Part shown: positions 1-10,077 of the stretch, one piece after another | Layout of the letters: each line of letters opens with the position of its first letter | How positions within the stretch are numbered: the stretch's first letter is position 1 | Origin: Candidatus Hydrogenedentota bacterium | GTDB taxonomy: Bacteria; Hydrogenedentota; Hydrogenedentia; Hydrogenedentales; SLHB01 | Assembly: GCA_963745075.1 (NCBI GenBank) | Contig: CAVUWV010000031.1 | Coordinates: 192,001 to 256,000, forward strand | DNA: 64,000 bases | Direction: 5' to 3' | Program-made: the position numbers and the translations under genes | Notes under the pieces: model-generated | What the model saw: the letters and a program-made list of their open reading frames with translations, nothing else | Databases searched by the model: none | Told to the model about the DNA's origin: nothing

Positions 1-996
1 ATGTGGACCAGCCCTTCTTCGAGGGGTTGGCGGAGGACTTCCAGGGCGCTACGGTTGAACTCGGGCAACTCGTCGAGGAACAGGACGCCGTGGTGGGCGA
101 GACTGACTTCTCCGGGCGTGGGTTGTTGCCCTCCCCCGCCGCCGCTGATGGAGACGGTGGTCGCGGTGTGGTGCGGCGAACGGAAGGGCCGCCGCACGAT
201 GAGGTCGCCTTTCTCCTGGACGCCGTTTGCGACGCTGTAGATGCGGGTCGTTTCGAGGGCCTCTTCGAAGCTCATGGTGGGCAGAATTCCCGGGAGCCGC
301 GAGGCGAGCATGGTCTTGCCGGTTCCCGGCGGGCCGATCATGAGGAGGTTGTGCCCGCCCGCCGCGGCCACGGTCAGTGCGCGTTTGACGTGGGCCTGTC
401 CCTTGACCTCCGTAAGGTCCGGGATGTCGTGGTGGGCCTTATCGATGACCGCCTGCATATCCGTACGGAAGGGCAGAATCTCTTGCGCGTCTGCCATGAA
501 GCCGACGGCGTCGGTCAGGGTCGCGGCGGGGATGACTTCGATGCCGGGCACGACGCCGGCTTCCTCCGCATTCGCTTCGGGCAGGACAATCCCGCGCAGG
601 CCCTGTTCGCGCGTGGCGATAGCCATAGACAGGGCGCCGGAAACCGGCCGTAGGGACCCGTCGAGGGCCAACTCGCCCGCGAGAACGTAGTCATTAAACC
701 GCGGTCCGGCGATCTGTTCGGAGGCCGGCGAGCATCCCCAAGGCAATGGGCAAGTCGAGGGCGCTGCCTTCCTTGCGAATATCGGCGGGCGCGAGATTGA
801 TGACCGTGATTCCGCGCGGATACCGGAACCCGGAGTTCTTGAGGGCCGAGCCGACGCGTTCCTTGCCTTCCTTGACGGCCGCATCGGGCAAGCCGACGAG
901 GTAGTACTGGTTGCTGCCGGGGTGGTTGTCGACCTCGATGGCAAGGGGATATCCGTCGATTCCGATAACGGCGCATGATTGGACCCGGGCAAGCAT
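1..996 (-). CDS. comM: YifB/ComM family Mg-chelatase-like AAA+ ATPase, 5' part (runs off the window edge); one apparent +1 frameshift near 727
   Basis: ORF 694..996 gives [15 protein letters not shown]...[15 protein letters not shown]...[22 protein letters not shown]. Removing one G in ctcgccggcctccgaa continues as [22 protein letters not shown]...[44 protein letters not shown] (Walker A). Confidence 0.93.
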
Positions 997-1088
997 GGTT
1001 CGTGCGTTTCCTTGATACAGTCAACCCCTACACTCGACAGCATCTTAGTGTCTGGAGGCGGCGCGTTCAAGAAGACGACTGGGCAGAG

Positions 1089-1270
1089 GAAGAAACATCC
1101 CCCTCGACCCTTCGGGTCTGCCCCCTTCAAAGGGGGATTCCCTGGCCCGCGCTTCGCGGGGCGATTGCGATGAATAAAGGTCTTCAAGTTTGCTGTTTGT
1201 CGTTGCGTTCACCCGAAACCCGGGTCTACGAAACTCCCCCTTCGAAGGGGGATCAAGGGGGATGTTCTTC
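1089..1270. repeat. REP/BIME-like inverted doublet of palindromic CCCCCTTC(A/G)AAGGGGG units
   Basis: 1089-1140 gaagaaacatccccctcga...cccccttcaaagggggattc is the near reverse complement of 1231-1270 aaactcccccttcgaagggggatcaagggggatgttcttc. The left copy carries an extra gacccTTCGgggtc hairpin. It lies between mutM and comM. Confidence 0.8.
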
Positions 1271-1295
1271 CGTGTCTCGCGACTATGGTCGTGCT

Positions 1296-2093
1296 TCAGC
1301 CCCGGCGGCGCTGGTGGGTGGCGCAATAGTAGGTGGTGCGACCGCCGGCGGTCGTGGTCTTGAGCGGCCGGCGGCACTTGGGACACAGGCCGGTGTAGTT
1401 CCGGTGCCGGAGGAGGAAGCGATCGGACAGTTTCTCGTAGCGGGTTTCGACGGCGAGGGACGCATTGAATACGTCCATCATGGCGTTATAAAGCGCATCG
1501 ACGGTCTGGGGCTTCAGGTTGGAGGCCCGGGTCTCGGGATGCAGGCCGCATTGAAACAGCATCTCATCGGCGTACAGATTGCCGATCCCGGCGATGACCT
1601 GCTGGTTAAGCAACATGCCTTTCAGGTTTCCCGTGCGCCCCTTCAACAGGTCTTGGAATGCGTACCGGTCAAAGCCGTCCTGGGTCGGATCGGGTCCCCA
1701 CTTGCGAGCGCGTAGAAATGCGTCGACATCGCGGGTAAGGCCTGCCTCGCCGAACTTGCGGGGGTCGGTGAATACCAGCGAGCCGCCGTCGGCAAACCGG
1801 AGTTTGAGCCGGACATAGCGAGGCAACGCGTCCTCCTTTGATAGGATTCGCACGGTGCCGGTCATGCCGAAGTGGAGGACCAGCCAAGTTCCGGATTCGG
1901 ATTGGAGGAAGAGCCATTTCCCGTGACGGTGGGTCGCTACCAGCGCATGGTCCACCAAGGCCCTGCGCAATGCCGGCACTTTCATGTCGGTCAGGACGGT
2001 AACGTCCGCAACATTGACCTCGGCGATGGTGCGATGCAGGGCGTTGGCGGCGATATACCGGCGGCGGGTCTCCACTTCCGGCAGTTCGGGCAC
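1296..2093 (-). CDS. mutM: Formamidopyrimidine-DNA glycosylase (Fpg/Nei family)
   Basis: N-terminal (M)PELPEVE from GTG at 2093 with an AGGAG RBS; HFGMTG, DPRKFG, AGIGNLYADE (H2TH) and C-terminal zinc finger CPKC...CATH. Confidence 0.93.
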   Translation of the reverse strand: MPELPEVETRRRYIAANALHRTIAEVNVADVTVLTDMKVPALRRALVDHALVATHRHGKWLFLQSESGTWLVLHFGMTGTVRILSKEDALPRYVRLKLRFADGGSLVFTDPRKFGEAGLTRDVDAFLRARKWGPDPTQDGFDRYAFQDLLKGRTGNLKGMLLNQQVIAGIGNLYADEMLFQCGLHPETRASNLKPQTVDALYNAMMDVFNASLAVETRYEKLSDRFLLRHRNYTGLCPKCRRPLKTTTAGGRTTYYCATHQRRRG

Positions 2094-2618
2094 CGTGTAT
2101 TGGCTCCTTCCTTCGACGTTATCCGTCACTTCGTGGGCGCCATGCTACCACCACCGGAACCCCGGCGCGAATCCTGGCCGGGAGCGCGGGGCCGTCCTCT
2201 TCGCGGAGGCGGGGAGGGCCCGTCAACGTATCGGAAGAGTGCAGCCGTCACCTCTCATGAAGTCGTCGCGGGAGGTTGCCGAAAAGAATGAAGAAAACCA
2301 ATCGAATGCGTAGTCAGTACTTCCGGGAGGTGCGTGCTACCGCGCGCGGGCCTATCCAAATGCCTCGCGCGATTCGAGCATACTCGCACGCACCGCCGTG
2401 CCGGGTTGTCTCGGAATCCGGCTGCGCGGGTGTCGCGACCAAGTCGCGGTAACCTTGGGCGCGTGCGGCCACGCGCGGGTTACCGCCGTTGAGTACGCAG
2501 AGTAAGGTCGCCGAGGGCCCCATACTGATTCCAGCCGATGTATCCATGGGGATTCCCTCTCCAGGATGGGCGAATTATATGCCATGGGGACAGGGAAATG
2601 GCGCGCTTCTTGAACGAT

Positions 2619-2994
2619 GAAATACAGGGACGGACTACTGCTGCGTACGCCTGTTGAAGCGCATGGCGTAGACCGTGTGCACATCGCGCGATGCCCGCGC
2701 CAGCGACTCCTCCCGTTCCGGCACCGCGACGAGGTGAATGTGGTTGGTCATGAGACAATACGCCCAGATGTCCAGGCCATGCCGCTCCCCGTACTTCTTC
2801 AGGAACCGCAGATACGCGTGGCGGTCATCCTCCGTCTCGAAGACGTTTGCCCGCCGATTGCCCCGCTGGGTTACGTGATGCGGATACCCCGGAACAACAA
2901 TGCGTGCCACTCTACTCATCCCCCGACAATAACCGAAAAGCCGGAGAATTGCAATTTAATTCGTAGTCTGTCCCTGAATTTCCCTGAATTTCCC
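2619..2994 (-). mobile_element. Truncated RAYT (TnpA-REP, Y1 HUH) element: end motif, promoter and N-terminal half of the transposase (ORF 2635..2919)
   Basis: MSRVARIVVPGYPHHVTQRGNRR...WAYCLMTNHIHLVAVP...YAMRFNRR is the typical RAYT N-terminus with the HUH motif. It stops inside a copy of GAAATACAGGGACGGACTAC (2619-2638); an inverted copy lies upstream (2958-2983). Confidence 0.88.
2926..2954 (-). promoter_or_regulatory. Putative sigma70 promoter of the RAYT gene (probably leaderless mRNA)
   Basis: Minus strand TTGCAA-17 bp-TATTGT; the ATG at 2919 lies only 6 nt downstream of the -10 box and has no RBS. Confidence 0.5.
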
Positions 2995-3288
2995 TGGGGA
3001 AGTATCGCAGGGAAGGGGAACGGTTTCTGACTAATTCAGTGCAAGAGTGGGGCTGTAGCGCCAAAAAAGGGCCGCAGCCCCGCAGGGCCACAGTCTGGAG
3101 CAATTCTTTCGAATCAGAAATAGTGGGAAACTGTGGCACGAATCTCTTGCGATATCGGTGCTCGTGGTGCACAATGAACTCAGTAGGGTAATTGCAAGGC
3201 CCCTTTCAAAACTGGATAAGGCGCAGGGCACGTGTCTCCTCTTGAACGTCTGTTCGCGGGACGCATGTCGTGCACCAAGTGAAAAGGA

Positions 3289-4101
3289 ATGCCTAATATG
3301 AAGACGGCGTCCCACATCTATTTCGTTGGTTTGGTTACTTCATTCCCATTGGTGATCACAGGATGCCTCCCTAGTGTCGGTGTGCCGGTTCCCGGTGAGA
3401 CGCGAACATTTGACGGCATCGAGTTTCAGTGGTGTCCGGCCGGGACGTTCACGATGGGGAGTCCGTCGAGTGAAACCGGCCATACGATGGATGAAGCTCA
3501 GCACGAAGTTACGATCAGTAAAGGGTTCTGGCTCTCCAAGTATGAAGTTACGCAAGCACAGTGGCAGGATATCACTGGCGGCAACCCCTCGAATTTCGAC
3601 GATCCAGGATCCGAGAATAGACCCGTAGACCAGGTAACGTGGGAGGGCGTTCAAGATTTCCTCGAGGACTTGAACGCTGCGACATCCGGTGGACCATACC
3701 GATTGCCGACCGAATCGGAATGGGAATATGCCTGCCGGGCGGGCACGACCACTCGATTCCATTGGGGCGACGACCCGACCGAATCAATGATCGGTGATTA
3801 TGCTTGGTACGACGGCAACTCGCAGGATGAAACGCATCCCGTTGGCGGAAAGATGCCGAACCCCTGGGGACTTTACGACATGAACGGAAACGTTTGGGAA
3901 TGGTGCCAGGACTGGTATGGCGATTACCCCGCTGGACCTGTGACCGATCCACAGGGAGCGGCATCGGGAACGCTTCGGGTTTTACGCGGGGGCGGCTGTG
4001 ATTCATATGCCGACGATTGTCGCGCGGCCAACCGCTTTACTTTCAACCCCATCAGCTCATACAGGACGATAGGGTTTCGGATAGTTCGGACTCCAGGTTA
4101 G
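3289..4101 (+). CDS. Formylglycine-generating enzyme (FGE-sulfatase/SUMF1) domain protein, probable lipoprotein
   Basis: GTFTMGS, YEVTQAQW, YRLPTESEWEYACRAGT, NPWGLYDMNGNVWEWCQDWY, RVLRGG, IGFRIV; N-terminal hydrophobic stretch ending LVITGC. Confidence 0.92.
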   Translation: MPNMKTASHIYFVGLVTSFPLVITGCLPSVGVPVPGETRTFDGIEFQWCPAGTFTMGSPSSETGHTMDEAQHEVTISKGFWLSKYEVTQAQWQDITGGNPSNFDDPGSENRPVDQVTWEGVQDFLEDLNAATSGGPYRLPTESEWEYACRAGTTTRFHWGDDPTESMIGDYAWYDGNSQDETHPVGGKMPNPWGLYDMNGNVWEWCQDWYGDYPAGPVTDPQGAASGTLRVLRGGGCDSYADDCRAANRFTFNPISSYRTIGFRIVRTPG

Positions 4102-4702
4102 AAACCGCTGATTTCATCTTCACGCGACTGAGGGTTAGCCTGTAGCAGGCCTTAAAACGACCGCGAGACGGCGCAACATGTCCTCGGCAACCGACGGTAG
4201 TGTGTTCAGAGCGCGAAGGTGGGATCGTTATAATTGGAGAAAAGGCCGCAACGTTACGGCCTGTCCAAATCTCCACGTAGACTTTCTCTTGGGCTTCTTC
4301 GGCCACGGGATAACGCTCTCCGGGGCCGGTGGAACGTAGCCCATGCCCTTGTAAAGCCAATCCGTACCTTTTGAATTCCATATGCATGTTGGAGTAGATT
4401 CCGTGCGCAAGATCTTTTCTGGTTTTTCCGTATGTTCGATTCCGAGTGTTTGGCCTGTCGTCTGGGGCTGGTGCTTGCGGACACCGGGGCGCTGCTGCGG
4501 GTGTCCGGTTCGTACCATGCGGAGTTCTTTCCGAGCTTCAGGTTTGTCCTCGACCCCGCTCCGGCTTGAACTTCCGGTTCCCGGCGGCGGTTTCTGCGGA
4601 GCAGGCGGACGCCCCGGCTGCTGTGCGTGCGAGGGGCAGCGTTCATCCAGTGATTCAGTGGTGCACTTCCAATAATCCGGTTCGTGTATCAAGGAGCAAC
4701 CC

Positions 4703-7700
4703 ATGAGAAGCATTAGCAAGGCATGGAGCGCGTGGACGGTGTTGGCGGCGCTGGCGTGGGTGGCTGCGCCGGTAGTGGCCCACGGGCAATTCACGGAGGA
4801 CACGAGCGCCAACCTCACCGGGGTGTTTGGTTCTAGCGCGGCGTGGGGTGATTACGATAGCGACGGGGACCTGGACATCCTCCTCACCGGGGACACGGGC
4901 AGCGGCTATGTCTCAACGGTTTACCGAAACAACGGCGACGGAACTTTCACGGATATTGCCGCCAGCCTCACGGCGGTAGCGAGTTCCAGCGTGGCGTGGG
5001 GCGACTACGATAACGACGGGGACCTGGACATCCTCCTCACCGGGGACACGGGCAGCGGCTATGTCTCGGAGGTTTACCGGAACAACGGGGATGGCACCTT
5101 CACGGACATCGCCGCCAGCCTCACGGCGGTAGCGAGTTCCAGCGTGGCGTGGGGCGACTACGATAACGACGGGGACCTGGACATCCTCCTCACCGGGGAC
5201 ACGGGCAGCGGCTATGTCTCGGAGGTTTACCGGAACAACGGGGATGGCACCTTCACGGACATCGCCGCCAGCCTCACGGCGGTAGCGAGTTCCAGCGTGG
5301 CGTGGGGCGACTACGATAACGACGGGGACCTGGACATCCTCCTCACCGGGGACACGGGCAGCGGCTATGTCTCGGAGGTTTACCGGAACAACGGGGACGA
5401 AACGTTCACGGATATCGCGGCCGGACTCACCGCCGTGACCGCATCGAGCGCGGCGTGGGGTGATTACGACAACGACGGGGACCTGGACATCCTCCTCACC
5501 GGGGACACGGGCAGCGGCTATGTCTCGGAGGTTTACCGGAACAACGGGGACGAAACGTTCACGGATATCGCGGCCGGACTCACCGCCGTGACCGCATCGA
5601 GCGCGGCGTGGGGTGATTACGACAACGACGGGGACCTGGACATCCTCCTCACGGGGTACGACGCTGGCATCAACCGCGTCTCGAAGGTTTATCGGAACAA
5701 CGGGGATGGCACGTTCACGGACATCGCCGCCAGCCTCACGGCGGTAGCGAGTTCCAGCGTGGCGTGGGGCGACTACGATAACGACGGGGACTTGGACGTC
5801 GTCCTCACGGGGGCGGACGCCGGTTCCAATGGTGTGTCGAAGGTGTACCGGAACGACCTGCCCCCGGTGCTGGCCAACACCTTCACAGACGTCGCCGCCG
5901 GCCTCACCGGTGTGGACTTGGGCAGAGTGGCGTGGGGGGACTACGATAACGACGGGGACCTGGACATCCTTCTCACCGGGTTTGCGGCCGGCGCCATTGC
6001 CGTTTCTAAGGTATATCGAAACAACGGGGACGGCACCTTTACGGACATTGCCGCCGGTCTGCCCGGACTCTACATTTCCGGCGCGATGTGGGGGGACTTC
6101 GACAATGACGGAGACCTGGACATACTTCTCGTCGGAGACATGAGCGATACCCGCGTAGCTGGGATTTACCGGAACAACGGCGACAACACCTTCACGGAGA
6201 CCATGGGTACAGGACTGACCGGTGTGCTTTACGGCAACGTGGCGTGTGGGGATTACGACCACGACGGGGACCTGGACATCCTTCTTGCCGGATTTGATGC
6301 CACCGTCACGCTTGTCTCAACGGTTTACCGAAACAACGGCGACGGAACTTTCACGGATATTGCCGCCGGCCTGCCCGGAGTATCCGCCTCGAGCGTGGCG
6401 TGGGGCGACTATGATCACGACGGGGACCTGGACATCCTACTTGCCGGATTTGGCGCCGGTAGTGCGCCTGTCTCAAACGTCTACCGGAACAACGGGGACG
6501 AAACGTTCACGGATATCGCGGCCGGACTCACTGCCGTGACCGCATCGAGCGCGGCGTGGGGTGATTACGACAACGACGGGAACCTGGACATCCTCCTCGC
6601 AGGAATTGATGCCGGCGATACTCGTCTGGCAAAGGTTTACCGGAACAACGGGGATGGCAGCTTTACGGACATCACGGCTGGCCTCACCGGGGTGCAGGAT
6701 TCGAGCATGGTATGGGGCGACTACGATAACGACGGGGACCTGGACATCCTCCTCACCGGATCGGTCTCGAGTTCTGAAGCCGACGCAATCGCGAAGGTTT
6801 ACCGGAACAACGGGGATGGCACCTTCACGGACATCGCCGCCGGTCTTACCGAGGTGGCGTATTCAAATGTGGCGTGGGGGGATTACGACAACGACGGAGA
6901 CCTGGACGTCCTTCTTACTGGATTGGACGTCGGTTCCAATGGTGTGTCGAAGGTGTACCGGAACGACAACGTCCGGGCGCCTTCATTCGCGGTTAACGAC
7001 GTGACGCTTGACGAGGGAAACTCCGGCACGACGAGTTTCACATTTACGGTTACACGTGACCACAACCAGAGCGAAGCCTGGGTAGACGCCGCCACGACCA
7101 ACGTTTCCGCCATGGCGGGCAACGACTACACGGCCGTGACCGCTACGACCCTCCATTTCACGGCGGGAGGGGCGCTGTCCCAGCAGGTGACGGTGGACGT
7201 GGTGGGCGATTTGAGTGAGGAACCGGACGAGACTTTCCATCTCAACCTAGCGAACCCCGTAGACGCGGTCCTCGGGGACAGCCAGGGCCTGGGGACCATC
7301 CTCAACGATGATATCCCGCCGTCGATGACCACTCAACCTCAGAGATCAGGATGTCTGCGCGGGGACCGACGCCGTGTTCTCGGCGGCGGCTGCCGGTTCC
7401 CCGGCACCAACAGCGCAGTGGCAGGTGGACAACGGCAGCGGGTTTGCGGACATCCCCGGTGCGACCTCAACGACTCTGACGGTCTCCGCGCCAGACGCGA
7501 ACCTAAACGGGAACCACTACCGGGCCGTGTTCTCGAACGGGGTCAATAGCACCATGTCCGACCCGGCAACGCTCAGCGTAACAAGTACACCGGACGTGAG
7601 CGGTGTCGTCGTGACGGCGACGGACGGTGCGTTCCCTGACCACATCGACGTGACTTGGACAGCCGCACTGAACGCGACGGAGTACCAGGTGTGGCGTGCC

Positions 7701-8045
7701 ACGAAACAGAATCTGAACGGCGCAGCATTGGTCCGCGATTGGTCATCCGCGTTGCACTTCAGCGACAGCAACGTAGGCAGCATGCAGGCGGGTGGATTTC
7801 GATGTCCAGGCCAGGCGGCAGCGATGAAGTATTACTATTACGTGGTGGCCCGCAACCCGTGCTTCGAGAGCGTCCCGAGTTCGGCGGACAGCGGCTACGC
7901 ATCGTCGGCCAAGGGTCTTGGTACGTCTCAGGCGGGGCTCCTGGCTCCTGGAAGCGGCTTGGGTGAATTTCTGCTGTTCCTGGCGGCCTGCCTGGCCGGT
8001 GTCCGTGCGAAAAGGCGCAAACCAGCAGAAAGCGCCGCGAACTGA
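4703..8045 (+). CDS. Large secreted/surface protein: signal peptide, 14 FG-GAP/VCBS repeats, Calx-beta, Ig-like, Fn3-like domain and C-terminal membrane anchor; apparent +1 frameshift near 7340 joins ORFs 4703..7549 and 7374..8045
   Basis: 14x (A/V)WGDYDNDGDLDILL..VYRN; Calx-beta VNDVTLDEGNSGTT...EPDETFHLNL; Ig domain reads TTQPQ/DQDVCAGTDAVFS...QWQ...YRAVFSN after a one-base shift; tail GEFLLFLAACLAGVRAKRRK. Confidence 0.88.
4841..5810 (+). repeat. Near-identical 153-bp (51-aa) coding tandem repeats in the first FG-GAP propeller
   Basis: gcgtggggcgactacgataacgacggggacctggacatcc recurs at 4994, 5147 and 5300 with 153-bp spacing; units 2/3 and 4/5 encode identical peptides. Confidence 0.93.
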
Positions 8046-8299
8046 ATCCCGTTTCCATCGCTCTGTAAAGCGGGCTGCAGGTATCGGCGTCGGGCCGGAC
8101 AAGTTGGGATGTGCGGTCGAGGGCATAGCGCGCATTGTGGGAATATTGCGGCCAGTTTGTAAACTAATGCTCTAATGTTGTGACAGCACCTGCGGTCGCC
8201 TGTACGTTCTATGGTAGGGTCGTTCGGACTATTCCGCGCATTCACAAGTTCGGAATAGCAGTCTTTGGGAAGGTAACACAACCAGTAAGAGGGTATGCC

Positions 8300-8665
8300 A
8301 TGTCTAAACGAAAGTGGTTCGTATTCTTATCCAGCGTGCTTCTTATCGTTCTTTTGCTGGGGTGCCCTATGGACATGTCGTCGTTGGCGGGCGCTTGGAA
8401 AGTGTCGCTCCACTTTGATTGTGACACCGCCACCCAGTCTATATTGGGGATTGTCCTCTATCCCGATGGAACCGCTGAGTTGTACGACGAAGGCGTTTAC
8501 GTTGGCACGTGGTCGTTGAATGGCTCAGTGGTTACGATCACGTTGGTGAGTCCGTCAGCGTATACATTCACAGGGACTGTATCCATGGATGGAGATTCAA
8601 TAATTGACGGGAACTACACCGGCACCTACAGCGGTTGTTGGACCGCCGAGAAGATCAAGTTTTGA
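8300..8665 (+). CDS. Small hypothetical lipoprotein (GCP lipobox), beta-rich; paralog of the next gene
   Basis: MSKRKWFVFLSSVLLIVLLLGCPM signal; shares GAW, DCD, TAEL, GTW..NG and CWTAE with 8702..9073. Confidence 0.75.
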   Translation: MSKRKWFVFLSSVLLIVLLLGCPMDMSSLAGAWKVSLHFDCDTATQSILGIVLYPDGTAELYDEGVYVGTWSLNGSVVTITLVSPSAYTFTGTVSMDGDSIIDGNYTGTYSGCWTAEKIKF

Positions 8666-8701
8666 GGGTGCGCAATTCAGGCAATCTCAGGAGCATGAGA
8701 A

Positions 8702-9073
8702 ATGTTTAAGCGATATGCGGTAATCGTGGCCTCCATGACGCTGTTTTCGGCGATCTTTTCCGGCTGCCCGATGCAGGGCGCCTCAATTGTAGGGGCATGG
8801 GCCATTAATCTCGATGCCGATTGCGACAGTATGGACGTCCAACACTTTATTTTAGTGATTCAAAAGGACAACACGGCCGAGCTCCTTATGGAATTCGACG
8901 CCGAGGGAACTTGGACTTTCAACGGCACGACCGTCAGCCTGTCCTTTCCTGATGTTCAGGGAGCCGAATACGAATTTACGGGTGTTTTGGGGTCACAAAC
9001 CATTACATCGGGCACGTTCACGGTTGACTCCATGGGAACCAACTGTTGGACGGCCGAGCAGCTTGTCTCGTGA
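8702..9073 (+). CDS. Small hypothetical lipoprotein (GCP lipobox), paralog of 8300..8665
   Basis: MFKRYAVIVASMTLFSAIFSGCPM signal, AGGAG RBS, same motif set as the upstream gene. Confidence 0.78.
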   Translation: MFKRYAVIVASMTLFSAIFSGCPMQGASIVGAWAINLDADCDSMDVQHFILVIQKDNTAELLMEFDAEGTWTFNGTTVSLSFPDVQGAEYEFTGVLGSQTITSGTFTVDSMGTNCWTAEQLVS

Positions 9074-9191
9074 TCAGAATCAGGGATACGCCTTCCCGTT
9101 TTCTCGTTTCCTCTGGTAGCGTCGCTTGCCGTTGACGCGCACCCGGTGCGGCTGCGCGAGTCGTGAAGCGCGTCGGACAGAAAACTGAATA

Positions 9192-9424
9192 GTATCCGTC
9201 CGGCGAACCCAGTGGTTGGTGAAGAAGCGAGTACGTGATGGACCGTTGGGACGTGATCAGTTCAGAGTTTTCCAGTGGTCGGGAAAGAGCTCGTGGATGC
9301 GGCGATTAGGGTGTGTGGGGATACGCGCGAGGAGGTCTTGGATATAGGCGAAGGGGTCGAGGTTGTGGCGGCGGGCGCTAGCGATGAGACTGAAATGGAT
9401 CGCGGCGGCGTGGCCACCGCGGTC
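9192..9424 (-). mobile_element. IS66-family remnant: C-terminal ~55 codons of TnpC plus terminal inverted repeat
   Basis: DRGGHAAAIHFSLIASARRHNLDPFAYIQDLLARIPTHPNRRIHELFPDHW matches the IS66 C-terminal pattern (stop at 9257); GTATCCGTCCGGCGAACCC at 9192 resembles IS66-type ends. Confidence 0.82.
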
Positions 9425-9680
9425 GGGGAAATAAAGGGACAGACTACGAATTACCCACTTCTCCGCCGTCTTTCTCCGTCCGTTTGCGTTTCCGGCCTCG
9501 TTTGGCAGGACGCAGGAGGCGACCGAGCAGGTTCTCCAGCTGGACCACAAACTGGCTCCCGCCGCAGGGGCGGCCAGTGCTGGTCTGGCGGCGAATGCGT
9601 TCGATGGCATCGGGATCGTCCTCCACACTAAGCCATCCCGCCCAGTCCTCGATAACGCCGGGCGGGGGCAACTGCTAGTA
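9425..9680 (-). mobile_element. C-terminal fragment of a RAYT transposase with its end motif
   Basis: IEDWAGWL...IERIRRQTSTGRPCGGSQFVVQLENLLGRLLRPAKRGRK resembles RAYT C-termini; the stop codon lies within GGGAAATAAAGGGACAGACTACGAATT (9426-9452), the inverted counterpart of the motif at 2958-2984. Confidence 0.75.
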
Positions 9681-9731
9681 GAGTAGCCGGTCTCGCTGTT
9701 TTGCGCAAGAGGAGATTTAATTGCGGAGTGC

Positions 9732-9847
9732 GGTCCCCGCCTGCGCGAGGATGACGGGCAGGTTGGCACGGGCGAGAGCTTTGGCGGTCCGGGTTGTGGT
9801 GCGGGCTTCCAGCCTGACCTGGTCGCAGGCTGGAAGCCTGCACCACA
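9732..9847. repeat. Two REP-like elements: GTCATCCTCGCGCAGGCGGGGACC (minus, 9732-9755) and the inverted doublet TGTGGTGCGGGCTTCCAGCCTG...CAGGCTGGAAGCCTGCACCACA (9795-9847)
   Basis: Palindromes read directly from the sequence; relatives recur at 37433 and 49776. Confidence 0.8.
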
Positions 9848-9946
9848 CTTCTCGCCTTTGCCTCTTCCGAAGGTTTGGGTACCGTTGGGGGCGCCTGTTC
9901 CACCGATAGTGAGACCTGGCCTCTTTGCACCCAGATCGTTGCAGAA

Positions 9947-9975
9947 TTGACACGTGCGCCGAATCATGGAAGAAT
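9947..9975 (+). promoter_or_regulatory. Putative sigma70 promoter of acs
   Basis: TTGACA-17 bp-AAGAAT, about 100 nt upstream of the acs start. Confidence 0.5.
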
Positions 9976-10077
9976 GTCCGCGATCTGTGTGCGCAAGGTT
10001 TAGGGAATGGTGGCAGTCCTGTGCCCCGACGCGGGGAAACGTTTATGCGCGCAATTCGTAATGGAAGGGAGCATCAC

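Noticed and set aside
1..996. comM disrupted by a mobile element
   Set aside because: The visible break is a single extra base; the coding sequence is otherwise continuous.
3289..4101. FGE-sulfatase gene as a DGR target
   Set aside because: This fold is a common DGR target, but I found no second copy of its 3' end and no reverse transcriptase in the window.
4102..4702. Riboswitch upstream of the FG-GAP gene
   Set aside because: Some hairpins are present but no aptamer consensus (e.g. c-di-GMP GEMM) that I can recognise.
4841..6970. CRISPR array
   Set aside because: The repeats are in-frame 153-bp coding units without unique spacers, and there are no cas genes.
9257..9967. 236-aa ORF as a real gene
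   Set aside because: Chance read-through of REP repeats, an off-frame RAYT piece and the IS66 tail.
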